Assembly: GCA_964016885.1 (NCBI GenBank)
Contig: OZ024742.1
Coordinates: forward strand, 269,390,001 to 269,454,000
DNA: 64,000 bases
Origin: Eledone cirrhosa
Lineage: Eukaryota
Direction of reading: 5' to 3'
Positions 1-12,721 of the stretch are shown here, in pieces. How positions within the stretch are numbered: position 1 is the stretch's first letter; the number at the start of each line of letters is the position of its first letter. Made by a program: the position numbers and the translations under genes. The notes beneath the pieces are model-generated. The model was given only the letters and a program-made list of their open reading frames with translations, was not told the origin of the DNA and did no database searches.

Positions 1-829
1 CTCTAGGCGTCGCCGAAAATCATCTAGCTAATCTCTTCGGATGAACTTTCGGGCCAGGGCCTATGGACAACTTCCAGATATACCTGGCTTGGCAGTGCTA
101 CCAAGGAGCTTTGCCAGTTCGGGATAAACTCTACAGGCATGAAGTTGTCGTCAGCCGGGCATGTCAGAGATGCGCGCAGGACGACGAAACCGTCCTGCAC
201 GCACTTGTCCAGTGTCGGAGCATTGCTGACTTGTGGGTTTGTCAAAAACTTGCTGTCGCGTGTAGGACGTATCCAGCTATCAGCTGAGTCCAGCGAGAGG
301 ATTGCCCCGCCCTCTTCCTTTAGCCAAGAAGGGCACGCAATTTTTATCTATCTGGTGGCCATGGCGAAAGAGATAGTATGGTGGACGTGTTTGAAAGGGA
401 TGCAGACGAGCACTTACCTCTTCGGTGATGCCCTGATTCCCTTTTTCAAACTTCATTTGAAAAGGAAAATCAGGGTAGAGAAGCAAGTGCTCACTTCCAA
501 GCATTTTGTTGAAAGATGGGTGAGAGAGGCAAGAATGGCCCGTGTGAATGGGCTTACTCTGAGTATGTGCCTGTAAATTGAAGGTGGAAAACTGAGAGAG
601 GGCACGTGTCTTGGTGGTCAGGGTCACCATGGCTTTTTTTAATGGGCTTTCTCCACGAATGTCCTTCGGAAATCTCCCTACAATTGGGGATTTTTTTGTT
701 GTTCCTTTTTTTTTTTATTACGTCCTTTTTTTTTATTACACGCAGGAATGACCATTTGTGCCGTCCTGTATTGTCCTGTACTGTCGTTAATGTCTACGTT
801 ATGTAAACCCTTGTGGTTAATAAAGAAAG

Positions 830-830
<1 letters not shown>
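1..830 (+). mobile_element. Tx1/L1-type non-LTR retrotransposon, 3' end (ORF2 C-terminal zinc-binding region, stop at 576; 3' UTR with AATAAA)
   Basis: CxRC..ETVLHAL..C motif and FFKxHLKRKIRVE C-terminus shared with the copies at 25.6k, 40k, 54k and 59k. The 3' UTR ends ...GGTTAATAAAGAAAGC then (ATT)n. Confidence 0.9.
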
Positions 831-876
<46 letters not shown>

Positions 877-891
877 GTATTGTTGTTATTA
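831..891. repeat. (TTA)n microsatellite shared by the Tx1 and Dong 3' ends
   Basis: Directly visible. Confidence 0.97.
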
Positions 892-3663
892 GTCTTTGAG
901 TCTCAGTCATTGATGTTAGTTAACTGGAAAGTTTGTTGAAATGAATATCAAGCCACTACCTGCAGCCTCAGATATTCAGGACGTATCGCAGGGTTCTTGC
1001 TGTTCCCAGCAAGCATGCCATTTGAAGCGTTCCAAAAAGCGTGAAGGGGCCAATTTTCTTTAACCATCCCTGGAAACTTTTTGAGATAGGCCCTAGTGCG
1101 CCTATGACAATCGGGATCACTTTGACTTCATGGCAGTTCCAAATCCTTTTTACCTCCCACTTTAAGTCCTGCTATCGGTTAATTTTCTCCCTCTCCTTCT
1201 CTTGCACTCTCGTGTCGAATGGGCAGGCCACATCCACAATCAGGCACGATCTTTTTTCTTTGTCCACAACCACCAGGTTAGGTCTATTGTGTTCCAGTTT
1301 CTTGTCCGTCTGTATCCTAAAATCCCACAGCACCTTCACCTGATCGTTTTCTATCACCGACTCTGGCTTATGCTCATACCACTTCTCAGAATGTGGTAAA
1401 TTGTTTACTTTGCATAGGTGCCAGTGGGTCACCCAGCCGATCACATCATGTTTCCAGCCCTTATAGTGAGTCAGGACTAGGTGTTTACACTCGGATACAA
1501 TGTGAGCCACAGTCTCCTCTCTCTACAGATCCTGCACAGTGGGCTAGCCTCCTCCTTATAAATATGGTGTTTCAATCACTTCGTTTTGAGGGCCTGCTCC
1601 TGCGCAGCCATTAACATTCTTTCTGTAGCCTTTTTAAGGTCTCATCTTTTCAACCAGTTCCATGTCTGTGGATCTCTAAATTCAGTTTTCTCAAAGAAGG
1701 TACTATGAAGGGATTTTTCCCGAAGGCTGCTCTTTCTCCTTGATGTTATTTCCTCCTTGGACATCCCCTGGCCTATTGTCCCCTCCTTCAGTACAGTTCT
1801 GAGCATTGGCTCCTTACTATCAGTCACGTATTTGTGTAGGTTGTTTTTCTCCATCTGAACACAGTCCTCTATGCTTATAAGACCTCTTCCACCCTCAGAT
1901 CTCCTTAAGTAGAGTCTATCGACATCACTCCTTTTGTGGAACATGTTGTAGATAGTCAATAGCTTCCTAGTCTTCCTATCCATTTCCTTTTGTTCAGTAA
2001 CATTCCATCTCCGAATTCCCGCACTGTACCTAATAATAGACACAGCTCGGGAATTTACTGCACTTATGGCATTGCTACTGTTCAGATGTGACTTTAATAC
2101 GCTCCTTACTCTCCGAATGCATTCAGTTCTTATCAATTCCTTCATTTTTTTTGTTCTTGATGTCATCAGCCTCCAGAACGCCCAAATACTTGTATCCTTC
2201 TTCAGAGTCAATTTCTTTTATCATCTCACCCGTTGGTACCTGGATTCCGTTACTTCTGCTCAACTTACTCCTCTTCATCACAATGACTCCACACTTACTA
2301 ATACCAAATTGCATATCATTGGCGAAAATACGGACAGTGTCACAGGCACATCCAACTCCTTCTCACTCTTCGCGAAGAGCTTAAGATCGTCCATGAAGAG
2401 GAGGAGATTGATGGTAAGCCCTCCCTTTCCCAACATGTATCCTGCTCTCACTTTTCGCAGTACACTGGTCAGGAGCATCAGGGCAAGGACAAACAACAGA
2501 GGGGACAGACTATCTCCCTGGAAGATAACTCTCTTGATCTTCACGCCTCCCAAGGATTCTCCATTTGATGTTAACTCTGTTTCCCAGGTCTTCATACTTT
2601 TGCCCAACAACTGTCTGATGTTATCTGCCACCCTGAAGATCTCCAGGCTGTTGGTGATCCAAGAATGAGGCACCATGTCAAATGCCTTTTTGTAGTCTAT
2701 CCATCCCATGGCAAGACCAGTGTGTCTCCTCTTGCAATTCCTCATTACCATCTTATCAATAAGTAACTGGTCCATTGTACCACGTGACGTCTTTCGGCAT
2801 CCTTTCTGTTCGTCCGGTAACAAGTTGTTTGTGTGGAGGTGATGGTAGATTTCCTCAGACATAATGCTTGTCAACAGTTTCCACATTACGGACAGACACG
2901 TGATAGGTCTATAGTTGGTAACATCATTACCCTTGATTCGGTCTTTCATTATCAGAACTGTGGTACCTTTTGTCAACCACTCTGGTACCTCACCTGACAT
3001 CAAGCAGTTATTGAACATGGTTGTCAATTTCGGGTGGAGGGATGTTATATTTTTAATCCAATACCGCTGCACACCATCTGGGCCTGGTGATTTCCAGTTG
3101 GTTAGTTTTTTGGCCTGCCCCTTAACAGTTTCAACTGTGATACTCAAATAAGTTTGTTGGTGTGCCTGTTCACTAATCTCCTTCTGTACTGTGTCAATCC
3201 ACACTGCCTGGTCATTATGTTTAACATCCTGCTCCCATATTCATCTCCAGAATGTTTTAGTTTGTTCCACCTCAGGGATCAAGTCGTTGCCTCTTTCATT
3301 CCCTTCAAGCTGTCCAAACAGCATCTTCTGGTTGTTGTCGAACATACGATTCTGTCTATACTGGCTGACTCTGTTCTCGTATCGCCTGATTTTTGCACTC
3401 TTTGCTACAATGCGTTGCTTCAGTTCCTCTATGATAATATTTAGCTTTTTCCTCCTAGTTTTGTACTTTATTTCCAGTCTATTTTTAGTGTCTATGTTTT
3501 TTAGTGTCCCATTCAGTAGGGACTCAAGCTTTCCAATGTCATTTCTCATTTCCCTGATTTGACCACTCAGTCGTTTCTTCCACTCTGCTCTTTCTTGTTT
3601 GTTGTTTCCTCTCGCTTTTATACCAAGTAGTTTCCTCACCGTATTTGCTGTTGCTTTGAGGAT
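892..3663 (-). mobile_element. R4/Dong-clade retrotransposon, family A, 5'-truncated, frameshifted
   Basis: RT motifs GCRKxSRGTxDQLLID, WIDYKKAFD, FQGDSLSPLLF and LLFMDDLKL. C-terminus has CRI..ETVAHIVSEC, KHD and LWDFRIQTDKKLEHNRPxLVV (RLE). Flanked by (TTA)n on both sides. Confidence 0.92.
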
Positions 3664-3721
3664 ATTATTATTATTATTATTATTATTCGGGCAGTGGATT
3701 ATTATTATTATTATTATTATT
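3664..3721. repeat. (TTA)n tract interrupted by GGGCAGTGGA
   Basis: Directly visible. Confidence 0.95.
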
Positions 3722-3938
3722 AAGGGCGGTGGATTGGCAGTATCGGTGGAGGGTCGGACGCCATGCTTTCCAGCATAGTTACGTCCCTTTACGATCTGAG
3801 TTCAAATCCCGCCGAGGTTGACTTTGCCTTTCATCCTTACGGGGTCGATAAAATAAAGTACCAGTAATGCACTGGGTAATTGCTGGCCTTGTGCCTAAAG
3901 TAGAAACAATTATTATTATTATTAGTATTATTATTATT
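3722..3938 (+). mobile_element. tRNA-derived SINE with (ATT)n tail
   Basis: A-box-like TGGCAGTATCGG and B-box-like GAGTTCAAATCCC, then CTTTGCCTTTCATCC..GGGGTCGATAAAATAAAGTACCAG. Homologous copies at 4455-4610 and 8877-9061. Confidence 0.85.
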
Positions 3939-4454
3939 TCCCTAGGAAAATCTGCTTCGTAGAATCAAGACGTATCTGAGGACGTTGCGATTTTCACAAG
4001 TCAGGTTCGATCATCACATCGATCGTGCCTCGAGCTGGACGCCAGACAAAAGATTGTAATATGTCCAATAAAATCCATTCGTAGCAACACTGATACTCTT
4101 TTTTTCTGTGATATATATATATATTCTGTTTCTACCATGCTAAGAAATGAATCCATCATATAAGAAACAAGAAATGAATACAGCTGCTAAACGAATTCCT
4201 TTTGGCCAAAATAGTATAAAATTTGTGATGGGGATTTCTGCCAGTAGAACATATATTTGATAAAGAAGGGGAAATATAATTTCCTTTATAATCGAGAATA
4301 TATTAGTTATACCAGTTGTAATTTAATTGATGTCAAAAACAACAATAGAGTGTCATAAGACATTGCAAGATTAATTTTAATAATAGTTCGCCTTACAAAA
4401 ATATCGATAGATTCAATTTTGCATGAAAATAAAAAAAAGAAATTAGCAATTTGA

Positions 4455-4610
4455 AATAATAATAGTTTCTGATTTAAGCACAAGGCCAGTCATTTTAGGC
4501 GAGGGAAAATGCGATTAAATCTACTCCAGTGCATAACTGGTGCTTTATTTTATCGACCCTGGTATGATGAAAGGCCAAGCTGATATTGACGGAATTTGAC
4601 CTCAGAATGC
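4455..4610 (-). mobile_element. SINE, diverged copy of the same family
   Basis: Reverse complement aligns to the 3722 SINE body and tail (GGCCTTGTGC..AGAAAC(TAT)n). Confidence 0.8.
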
Positions 4611-4789
4611 AATTTCAAATAAGAATGTCAATAGAAAATCGCCATAAATTGTAGTTGAGAATAGGGTAAATTACCATAGGAGACGTAAAATAACAGGACA
4701 TACAGATACAAACATATATGAGAGGCGTGGGTTACTCCTATAAAGATTGCCTATCCCGAGATCACAAAGAAGTTCCGGAAGGGAGCACA

Positions 4790-5830
4790 CCTTGACAATT
4801 TGAAACTGTAACATCACAAACCTTACAGGTAAGGAGCAGATACTAGTGGTGAAGGCTAGATGCTACCGGGTAGATATAGTCGGTGCTTCTTCAACAAAGT
4901 GCCATAGCTCTGATACTGTAGATTTGGATGGAGGGTGGAAGCTCCACTGTTCGTGTGTGGCACGAGAAATTGCTACACAAGGTTGCATGGGGATATTCAT
5001 AAGCCTCCGGGTGTTGGAAGGAGTATTTGCCTCTTGGAATTTAGTTTGAAAGATTGTTCACTGTGGTTGGTGAAAGTTTATACACCAGACAAGGAGTTCG
5101 AATACAGGCCCTTCCTTGATCAAGTAGCTGCAGCGTTCGATGTAGTTAATATTGAGTCATATATACTGATGTGAGACTTCAATGTACATGTTCTGATCTC
5201 CAGACACAGAATAGAGTGATTGGAAGGAATGGCGACCCCGATCTAAATACAAATGGCGAGCATTTATTAGACTTCTGTTCAACAATGGTCTCTCTATTAT
5301 GATCACCATCCTCCTGTACAGAGACATCCATAAATGTAGGTGGTATAAGGGGAATCAGGGACAAAGCTAAATAATCAATTTTGTTATTGTCTCTGATATC
5401 TTCGATTCTGTGTTGGATGTCCATGTATAGAGAGGCTCTGAGTTGTCAAATGATCGCCATCTAGTATTCTGCAGTTTGAGACTACCTAAGAAGAACGAAA
5501 CCCACAACAATTGCAGGTCCAGGGCGACCTACAGAATAAGGTTGGAAGCGTTGGTGGATAAGGAAGTGAGGACCGGGTATGCCCCCTGAGCAAACTGACG
5601 GCGTCGAAACAGAGTGGAGATTTTTTAGCTCAGCAGTTTCTACATCAGCTATTAACTACTAAGGCAAAAATAGGCTTGGTGTGACGTCGGATGGCAGGAG
5701 GTCCCATTGATTCCATCAATAAATCAAAGGATGAGTCGTACAAAACTTGGCTTGGAGATAGATCCTCCTTCTTGCAGTTGCTGTATAAGCAGATACAAAG
5801 AACCGCAGCAGAGACAGTATATAATTAGAA
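4790..5830 (+). pseudogene. Degenerate RTE-clade APE endonuclease remnant
   Basis: Broken frames give CNITNLTGKEQILV..YRVDIVG, DFNVHV, IGRNGDPDLNTNGEHLLDFC and SNDRHLVFC, which are typical RTE endonuclease motifs. Confidence 0.7.
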
Positions 5831-5946
5831 AACAGGCGAGAATATATAGTATTTTCGCATGTGTAGTTTTGGCTGATTAGTCTTATTTGCATATGAAGCT
5901 ATTGAAGTTTGCTCAAATTCAAAATATAAAAATTAAAATTTAGCTT

Positions 5947-6071
<125 letters not shown>

Positions 6072-6078
6072 CAGCGAT

Positions 6079-7095
6079 GATATATGAAGTAGGCGTACCC
6101 TCCACCAAACAGAATCACAAAAGAGAAGCCATGGCATATTAAGGTATGTCAGAGAGACTTTTTCATGAAATGACTATTAGACATCCAGACAAGAGACATC
6201 CCACCAATTTGGCAGACCACGTGCAAAACCTCAAAGAAAACGGCACGGATTTCCCACGTAAAATGGAGAATACTCTAAATTTCCCCACCCTACATTAACA
6301 AATCTAAAACTCCTTCCTCCCAACAGATAGTCTAATACATCCGAACATTTTATTTGACTCTATATCATGTTACATCTATCTACACACAGGTTAATGCCCT
6401 TTACCTTTGTCCTTATACTTTTCTCCGTCACGTCATGCAAAACTATCTATATCCCCGTAAAATACTTAGACCACAACAGTTAGCTTTAGAACTCTCCTAT
6501 ATGATCGAAGATTATACCGGAAATAAAATCATCACACAATGGCAGACTGGATTATTTGACATCAAGGCAACTATCAGCCGACTACTCTCTGAACAGCGTT
6601 GTGTGAAACACCATATCAATGATTGTGATAAGGTCTATGCTAATTACCTGGCAAAGAGAAGTAGATCTGTTTGCCAAGGCCACGCTAACTGACGAACAAC
6701 GTGGCTTTCATCTAGAGTATAGCAATGGTGAACCAAAATTCTCTTTGCGGTAACTCTTCAAACAATAGTGGGTGTATTGCAGGGAGGTGCAGGCCAATAC
6801 AGCTCACCAGAACGTTCAACGTGATTGTTTGTAGTCGATTGGGCACGATTATGGGGTCGACGAGCCGCTTTCTGTTCTTTTAAAGACCCTATGCAAATTG
6901 TCAGTTAACTATATTCAGATAAATGTTACTTCATCGACACCATTCAATGTGGATTTAAGGCTCCAAGAATGGTTGTGAATCACTACCTATCCCTTTCGTA
7001 GCCCCTCCTTTATACATTCTCATATATGTATATATTACTAAACGAAGGAGCATTTTCATGATATGAAATAATTGATTTCGAAAACAAATCGTTTC
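6079..7095 (+). repeat. Copy 1 of a ~1 kb local duplication; begins with a Penelope-like GIY-YIG remnant
   Basis: Aligns to 8599-9800. The 5' part encodes TNLADHVQNLKENG..WRI, which resembles the C-terminal part of the Penelope endonuclease. Confidence 0.75.
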
Positions 7096-7192
7096 AGAAA
7101 ATGGCCCGTCCGGCTGGCGGCCGGCTAGGTATAATTGCCCCCACCACTCCTCTGCAAAGATATCACACATCCTCTCGTGTCACATTTTCCTT

Positions 7193-7196
<4 letters not shown>

Positions 7197-7265
<69 letters not shown>
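7197..7265. repeat. (CT)n microsatellite
   Basis: Directly visible. Confidence 0.98.
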
Positions 7266-7267
<2 letters not shown>

Positions 7268-7705
7268 AATAACTAACACTTTAATTGTATCTCTCTCTGT
7301 CTAACGGCCTATTTCTCTCTTTCCCCTATCTCTGTTTTTCTGTCTCTCTCTGTAGATGTGTGTGTAGTTTTCCTAATCTTTCTCTCTGTCTCTCTCTCTG
7401 TCTCTATGTATATATTTAACGGAGATACGGAAACTAAAGCAGTGTTGTCATATAAAAGTGAATAGCGAGAGAGAGAGTAAATCAGTTAACTTATAGAGAG
7501 AGGGAATGATCTTACATACATATTATGATATTTGTATCCAAATGATTTTAGATGTATGTATTACCTGCTTGCCTGTCCCTCTGTTTCTCTTTCCCTGTCT
7601 CTCTCTCTCTATTTATTCTTCTGAAATAAACATACATACGACGCTCATCTCCATGTCGATATATGATGTAAATAATGGGATTGATGAGTTAATATCTGTA
7701 TATAA

Positions 7706-7995
7706 CAACTACAACGGTATGCGATGGGGCCCACCCACCGCCCCGGCGGACAGAATGGAGAAGGCGTTTACCCGGAGGATAGCAAGGGAGACGCGCTGGA
7801 AAAGCCACTCCACCTCGCGGGGCTCTCACCTACGGCTGGCCATTTCAGCGCCTATGGAGGTGAGTAAGGAGGTATCTCTGGGGCCGTGTAGACCAGAGGT
7901 CTCCACTGCCAGGGATAGGACCGCAAACCTGTCGGAGAGCGACCGGTATTTGAGGAGTCTGGCCCCCTCAGCTCGACCTGCAGCAGAACCTGGGT
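7706..7995 (-). mobile_element. CRE-clade retrotransposon 3' fragment (end of RLE domain)
   Basis: Homologous to 16454-16600. Encodes KY..L..F.VLSLAVETSG..G and WLFQRVSLAILRVNA. Confidence 0.8.
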
Positions 7996-8026
7996 ATATA
8001 TTGATATATTGCAGGTAGATACATAC

Positions 8027-8600
8027 GGAAAGTAAAAGAGTGTTGTCATATAGAGAGTGAAGAGAGACCGAGAATAAAGCAGTTAAGTTATAGAGAGGGT
8101 GAAATAGGGAGTGAGAGAGAGAGAGACGACGCTCAGCTTTATAATATTAGAGAGTGAAAAGCGACACAGAGAGAGTAAAGCAGTTAAATTATAGAGAGGA
8201 GGAATGATCTATTATAGAGAGAGGGAAGAACGACGGAGAGAGTAAAGCTAATCAACTATAGGGAGGTGTGTAGGATACACACGTGTCGACCAAATTTACA
8301 CACGACGCTTATCTCTACCGAAAGTAAAAGAGTATTGTCATATAGAGAGTGAAGAGATACAGAGAGTAAAGCAGTTAAATTATAGAGAGGGTGAAGGTGT
8401 GTAGAAATAGTGAGACAGGCTCAGCTTTATAATATTAAAGAATGAAGAGCGACAGAGAGAGTAAAGCAGTTAAATTATAGAGAGGGGGAATGATCTATTA
8501 TAGAGAGAGGAAAGAGCGACGGAGAGAGTAAAGCTAAGAAACTATAGGGAGGTGTGTACGATACATACAAACATAATACACACGACACTCAGCTTTATAA
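8027..8600 (+). repeat. Purine-rich tandem repeat, two ~290-bp units (related partial unit at 7430-7510)
   Basis: Repeated blocks GAAAGTAAAAGAGT.TTGTCATATAGAGAGTGAAGAG, GCTCAGCTTTATAATATTA and AGTAAAGCAGTTAAATTATAGAG. Confidence 0.8.
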
Positions 8601-9800
8601 TATATGAAGTAGGTGTACCCTCCCCCAAACGGAATCACAAAAGAGAAGCCATGACATATTAAGGTATGTCAGAGAGACTTTTTCATGAAATGACTTTTAT
8701 ACATCTAGAGTCATTCCACCAATTTGGCAGACCACGTGCAAAACCTCAAAGAAAACGGTACGGATTTCCAACGTAAAATGGAGAATACTGTAAATTTGCC
8801 CACCCTACATTAACAAATCGAAAACTCTTTTCTCTCAACGGATAGTCTAATACATGCGAACATTATATTTAACTCTGAATTGGCAGTATCGGTTGGACGC
8901 CATCGGTTGGACGCCATACTTTCTAGCATAGTTACGTCCCTTTACAGTCTGAGTGCAAATCCCGCCGAGGTTAACTTTGCCTTTCATCCTTACGGGGTCG
9001 ATAAAATAAAGTACCAGTAATGTACTGGTGAATTGCTGGCCTTGTGCCTAAAGTAGAAACAATTATATTTAACTCTATATCATGTAACATCTATCTACAC
9101 GCAAGTTAATGCCCTTTACCTTTGTCCTCCTTATAATTTTCTCCCACACGTCATGCAACATTTTCTACATCTCCGTAAAACACTTAAACTCCAACAACTA
9201 GCTCTAGAACTCTCCTATAAGATCCAAGATTTCACCGTAAATAAAATTACCACAAAATGGCAGACTGGATTATTTGACATCAAGCCAACTATCAGCCGAC
9301 TACTCTCAGAACAGCGTGGTGTGAAACACCATATCAATGATTGTGGTAAGGTCTATGCTAATTACCTGGCAAAGAGAAGTAGATCTGTTTGCCAAGTCCA
9401 CGCTAACTGGCGAACAACTAGAGCATAGAAATGGTGAACCAAAATTCACTCTGCGGTAACTCTTCAAATAAAAGTGGGTGTATTGCAGGGAGGTGTAGGC
9501 CAATACGGCTCACCGGAATGTTCAACGGGATTGTTTGTAGTCGATTGGGCACGATTATGGGGTCGACGAGGCGCTTTCTGTTCTTTTAAAGACCCTATGC
9601 AAATTGTCAGTTAACTATATTCAGATTAATGTTACTTCATCGACACCATTCAATGTGGATTTAAGGCTTCAAGAGTGATTGCGAATTACTACCTATCCCT
9701 TTCGTAGCCTCCTTTAGACATTCTCATGTATGTATATATTACTAAACGAAGGAGCATTTTCATGATATTATGAAATAATTGATTTCGAAAACAAATCGCT
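8599..9800 (+). repeat. Copy 2 of the ~1 kb duplication, carrying an extra SINE
   Basis: Aligns to 6079-7095 apart from the insertion at 8877-9076. Confidence 0.85.
8877..9061 (+). mobile_element. SINE with 15-bp target-site duplication
   Basis: ATTATATTTAACTCT occurs at 8862-8876 and 9062-9076. The paralogous site near 6350 is empty. Confidence 0.9.
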
Positions 9801-10014
9801 TGAGACAATATTCGCGCATTTACTGATTAATTCTATATATAGAAATGAACAGGTCTTTTTATTTAAGTATCACAGGGAATGTACCGAAGTTGAAATATAA
9901 TCGCCCCAAAATAAACAGCTATAACGAGATTGAATAGGAGTAATTTACTCAATTTTCTAAAATATTATGTATATTAATCGATTAATTTTTAATATATATA
10001 TTCATGTACACACG

Positions 10015-10066
<52 letters not shown>

Positions 10067-10104
10067 TGTGTGTATCTGTGTGTGTATGGGTGTGTGTTCG
10101 TATA

Positions 10105-10143
<39 letters not shown>

Positions 10144-10244
10144 TCAGGTTATCAATAATGTAGTGATAATATATCGTTACGTTAGAGATGAACAGCGTAC
10201 GTGCAGGTTTGCTCAACGAGTATAAATTATATTCCGGAGAAATG

Positions 10245-10629
10245 TAGAAAGGATGAATATAAAATGAAAGTGCTTTTGTTAAAAAAGGAATTTATTAGGT
10301 ATTGACATATGTTTCTGTAACAGACCGAATACCTATGTATCGCTGCTTGCGTAATCATATAATGTTAGCAAGTATTCGATAGCAAATGTATAATCAGTTG
10401 TCACTTCTTCAGAGATTTTGGATAAACTGGATAAAATCAGAAAAATTGAAGTATTTATATTAGTAAGAAGTGACAACTGATTATACATTTGCTATCGAAT
10501 ACTTGCTAACATTATATGATTACGCAAGCAGCGATACATAGGTATTCGGTCTGTTACAGAAACATATGTCAATACCTAATAAATTCCTTTTTTAACAAAA
10601 GCACTTTCATTTTATATTCATCCTTTCTA
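10245..10629. repeat. Perfect 165-bp inverted repeat with 55-bp spacer (Penelope-terminus-like)
   Basis: 10245-10409 is the exact reverse complement of 10465-10629, checked by eye. Confidence 0.95.
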
Positions 10630-10764
10630 TATATATATATATATACATATATGCATATATATAAAGTGATTTTTGAATGCATCTCTTCTTTTCATGATAT
10701 CCGGATTACATTGAGTTCTTCATACGGATTGGACACTACCGTAAACTTTTGGTAGATTTATCTA

Positions 10765-10814
<50 letters not shown>

Positions 10815-10896
10815 CAAATAAAGATTCAGCGAGAATCGCATTTCGGCGGGCAGGAAGGGCGAAACGAAACGCAAAAATCAGAAATATATATAAGCT

Positions 10897-11650
10897 AAGA
10901 GAAGTAAGGTTCTATACAACATAGTAGTTATACAGAAAAGGTAAAGTTGGAAATAGCATGGAAAATATATTTTAGGTTCTGGTTTTCTTTATTGTCTTGC
11001 TTCCTTTGATTCGTCAAAATGACATTATTGAAAAAATGAAAGGACAATTCTTTTAAAAAATAGTTTTTTTACTGCATATAAAGTATATAAAGTATATAAA
11101 GTTTTACCGCTTTCGATGCATTATTAAAATTCAGATTATCAAATGTTGAGTATTACAATTAACATGAATTAATAAGAATTAAAAACTAAAAATTAAAGAT
11201 ATAAAATTAAGTCTTCAGGTGAGTTTTTTTCATATTCCATTCTTCGAAGGAGATTGGGAAATGCTGCTGCTACAACCACCTCTCTCTATATACATAAGAG
11301 TTCACTTTCCAGTCACCTTCTCAACAAGAAAGATGAAAAAACTTACCTCAACATTTATTTCAAATCTTTAATTTTTAGTTATTAAGCCTTATTAATTCTT
11401 TTTAATTGTATTACTCAACAATTTATAAGATTAATTCTACCAACGCATCGAAACCGGTAATAATAATTTTACTTCATACATTATAAAAATCTTTAAAAGA
11501 ATTGTCCCACTCATTTTTTTAATAATGTCACTTTCACGAATCAAAGAAAGGAAAAAAAGAAAAGTAGACCCTTACATGTATTTCCAGTGCTATTTCCAAT
11601 TTCACTTTCTCTCTGTAACCACTCTTTTGTATACAACCTTACTTCCCTTT
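10897..11650. repeat. Diverged long inverted repeat (foldback/MITE-like), arms ~10897-11230 and ~11335-11650
   Basis: Matching blocks include GAAGTAAGGTT.TATACAA/TTGTATA.AACCTTACTTC, TTGGAAATAGCA/TGCTATTTCCAA, TTTGATTCGT/ACGAATCAAA and GACAATTCTTTTAAA/TTTAAAAGAATTGTC. Confidence 0.85.
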
Positions 11651-11656
11651 TCAAAT

Positions 11657-11807
<151 letters not shown>

Positions 11808-12721
11808 TTTATCGCGGGTTCAATCGGGGGTAACCACAGTATGTAAGGTAATCAATACAAAGCAGACTACAAATATTTGATGTAGAAAGGCTTCTACAGG
11901 GCTAGAAATCATCAGTAAGCCGGCTGTCCAAGTAATATGGTCGTATTTATATCTTTTCTGGTTGTAGGAGAGGATATTGATTGGGATGGGGAGACGTCAT
12001 TGGTTGGTGGGTTTAAAGAAAAGGGAATTCTTTGAAAACTATATTTAGAGTAAAATAGGCAGAATGATTCTATAGACAGGTTCACTCTTCGTTGTCAACG
12101 CGTCCCTTTTTGAATTTATTTCGATTTTGATTTTGATTTTCTTATATATATTTCTTGAATTTATTTTATCTTATTTATTTATGTAGTTATTTCTGCTTCT
12201 GAAATACTTCCCAATGGTTCGCACATATTGATATGTGCATTTTCATGTATAAATATATATATGTGTGTGTATGCATGTATGCATATATGTGCGTATGGAT
12301 ATGTATGTGTATATGTGTGTGTATGTAAATATATGTGTATTTGTATATACACGTGCGCGTATGTATAGAGCCTTTTGTGTTTGTATGTATATATGTGTAT
12401 GTGTGTGTATCCCCTCTTTTTTGTATGTGTGTGTGTTTCTGTGTACATATATGAGTGCAGATATATTTGTGTATATGTGTGTGTATGTATGTATGTGTCT
12501 GTTCGTATTTCCATGTAGACGCAAATACGCTTATGTGAGAAAATATACGTCTACGTACTATTGCGTATATGCGCGTGGTTGAGTGTGTGTATGTTTATGT
12601 TTGGATATTTATTTATATATTTTGTCCCCTAATTCCTTATGGCCCGTTTTTTCAGCCTCACTTTCATATTTCCTAAATTTTGTTTTTAAATCCATATTTA
12701 ATAAAAACACCATGTTATTTA

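Noticed and set aside
3722-3815. tRNA gene
   Set aside because: Only A/B-box-like motifs of a SINE head are present, with no cloverleaf.
8027-8600. Repeat-spacer-like pattern suggestive of CRISPR
   Set aside because: The intervening sequences are themselves repeated, the context is eukaryotic, and there are no cas genes.
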